Assembly: GCA_973895155.1 (NCBI GenBank) | Contig: OZ316891.1 | Span: 9,921,875-9,985,874, forward strand | Length of the DNA stretch: 64,000 nt | DNA from: Marsupella aquatica | Lineage: Eukaryota > Plantae > Marchantiophyta | Direction of reading: 5' to 3' | Shown here: positions 62,391 to 64,000 of the stretch, one piece after another | Layout of the letters: every line of letters starts with the position of its first letter | Numbering within the stretch: the first letter of the stretch is position 1 | Notes under the pieces: model-generated | The model's database searches: none | What the model was told of the DNA's origin: nothing | Seen by the model: the letters and a program-made list of their open reading frames with translations, nothing else | Translations under genes and position numbers: made by a program

Positions 62391-63403
62391 CGGATCGGAG
62401 GTTGTGCGACGACGACGACGACGGAGTTTGAACAGAAGTAGTTTCTCCTCCCGCGAAGAAGGGTCGTCTGCCGCGGTCGCTTGTACGTGAGTTGCCGGAG
62501 ATCGCTGTGGTTTGGTGTAGATCGATCGGTTGGAGGAGGGAGGACGAGGAGGAGAACAGGTAGATCGATCTACGAGTTGGTCTGTGAAAGGAGCGAAATT
62601 GGAGGATCCGTCGATTGATTGCTGTTCGTGTTATTCGTCGCGCTGAGTACTGGAGTTCGAGCTGTGCGTATCTGGTCATTCTTTTTGAAAAGAGAGACGT
62701 TGACGGACGGAGGGAGAGGTTCGGCGATCGACTAGTGGGCCGGGCCGAAATAGCAGATCTGGATTGCGTCGTGGAGAGGGCTTGCGAGCAGGGGCCTGTG
62801 CTGGCGTTGACGGAGTTTCCAATCAGGTGAGGGGCGATTTCCGCAAATGCAGTCCTTTGTAGTTAGGGGTTTCGTGCTGGCTAGCAGCTTGCTCTTTGCC
62901 TATGTATGAAGGGGTTCAATTTGTCGCCAAGGCACGAAAGGCCTTTTTGGACCTGTGATTTCGATGAGTTACAGTTAATTGTATTTGCACTCCTCTACCG
63001 TTTCGTCTCGTTTGTTACCTACCCTCAACTTGGACCGCCTTAACATCTTCTTCTGTTCGATTGGGGAGAACCTGTTATCAAAGAGGTATCTTTCCTGCCT
63101 GCCACTTCTTCATCCGCTGATGTGGGCACACGTCTTGCTCGTCATGGGCAAATGTGTTGCAGGACTTGACAAAGATGAGCGCTGGCGCTTCAAATTGGTG
63201 GCTTTGAAGCCATATCTAGAGAGTTGCAAATCTGATCTGGGGCTAGTGATCGAACTCGCCTTCTTGATCCGCCTCGTCTGATCTTTAGGGGAGGCATTGC
63301 GCACGATACAGAGCAGTGGGTTTTGAGAGGGAAACAGGACCTTATTATTGAGTGAGTGGACTTATTCGAAAGGGGCCCGAGGTTTGTCGGTGAGGGAGCC
63401 AAC

Positions 63404-64000
63404 ATGGGCAAAGGAGATGCATCGAACGGAGCTCTGTACAAGAAGATCTTTGTGAGCTACCTATACGTTTCAATATGGCTTTTCCTCAGCTTTTCGGTCA
63501 TCATTTTCAACAAGTACATTTTGGACAGGAAGATGTACAACTGGCCCTTCCCTATCAGTCTAACGATGATTCACATGGGCTTCTGTTCTTCCCTCGCGTT
63601 TCTTCTCGTCCGCGTTTTCAAGCTGGTTGAGCCCATCGGGATGACACGGGAGATTTTCATGTCGAGTGTCGTACCCATCGGAGCTCTGTACTCTGTCAGC
63701 CTTTGGTTGTCCAATTCTGCGTACATTTATCTATCGGTGTCTTTCATTCAGATGTTAAAAGCTCTTATGCCGGTTGCCGTCTACTCCACCGGTATCCTGT
63801 TCAAGAAGGAATCCTTCAAGTCGCAGACCATGGCGAATATGATCTGCATCTCCGTGGGAGTGGGAATTGCAGCTTACGGGGAAGCAAAGTTCAATGGATG
63901 GGGTGTGTTTCTTCAGCTTGGGGCCGTGGTATTTGAGGCGACCCGATTGGTTCTCATTCAAATTCTTCTCACGTCCAAGGGAATCTCACTCAATCCCATC
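63404..64000 (+). CDS. Nucleotide-sugar/triose-phosphate translocator family, UDP-arabinofuranose transporter (UAfT)-like, runs off the window end
   Basis: MGKG...[41 protein letters not shown]...[29 protein letters not shown]...[22 protein letters not shown]. Confidence 0.93.
   Translation, partial: MGKGDASNGALYKKIFVSYLYVSIWLFLSFSVIIFNKYILDRKMYNWPFPISLTMIHMGFCSSLAFLLVRVFKLVEPIGMTREIFMSSVVPIGALYSVSLWLSNSAYIYLSVSFIQMLKALMPVAVYSTGILFKKESFKSQTMANMICISVGVGIAAYGEAKFNGWGVFLQLGAVVFEATRLVLIQILLTSKGISLNPI

Overview
Eukaryotic nuclear DNA with spliceosomal introns, most likely from a non-seed land plant (a bryophyte/liverwort-like genome; this is inferred from gene content and long 5' leaders). Host genes in order: indole-3-glycerol-phosphate synthase (+, 5'-truncated), a strongly diverged TRM5-family gene (+), an ABCC13/MRP7-like transporter (-), an IAH1-like SGNH esterase (-), HBS1/SKI7 (+), a bacterial-type UvrD/PcrA helicase (-) and a UAfT-like nucleotide-sugar transporter (+, 3'-truncated). 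The 25-34 kb interval is a cluster of adjacent and nested mobile elements. Its centrepiece is a complete 6.1-kb TA-flanked pogo-type transposon whose decayed DD37D transposase carries a C-terminal OTU-like domain, and which also holds a Pol-lambda-like BRCT ORF and another unknown ORF between its TIRs. Next to it are an inverted-repeat-bounded segment containing a mini-Helitron and a solo LTR. At 56.5-59.5 kb, in an AT-rich accessory region, lies a probable two-exon gene joining an unknown N-terminal domain to a trypsin-like protease, reminiscent of Crinkler/RHS-type effectors. All domain calls come from motif recognition by eye, not database searches. Gene spans include introns.
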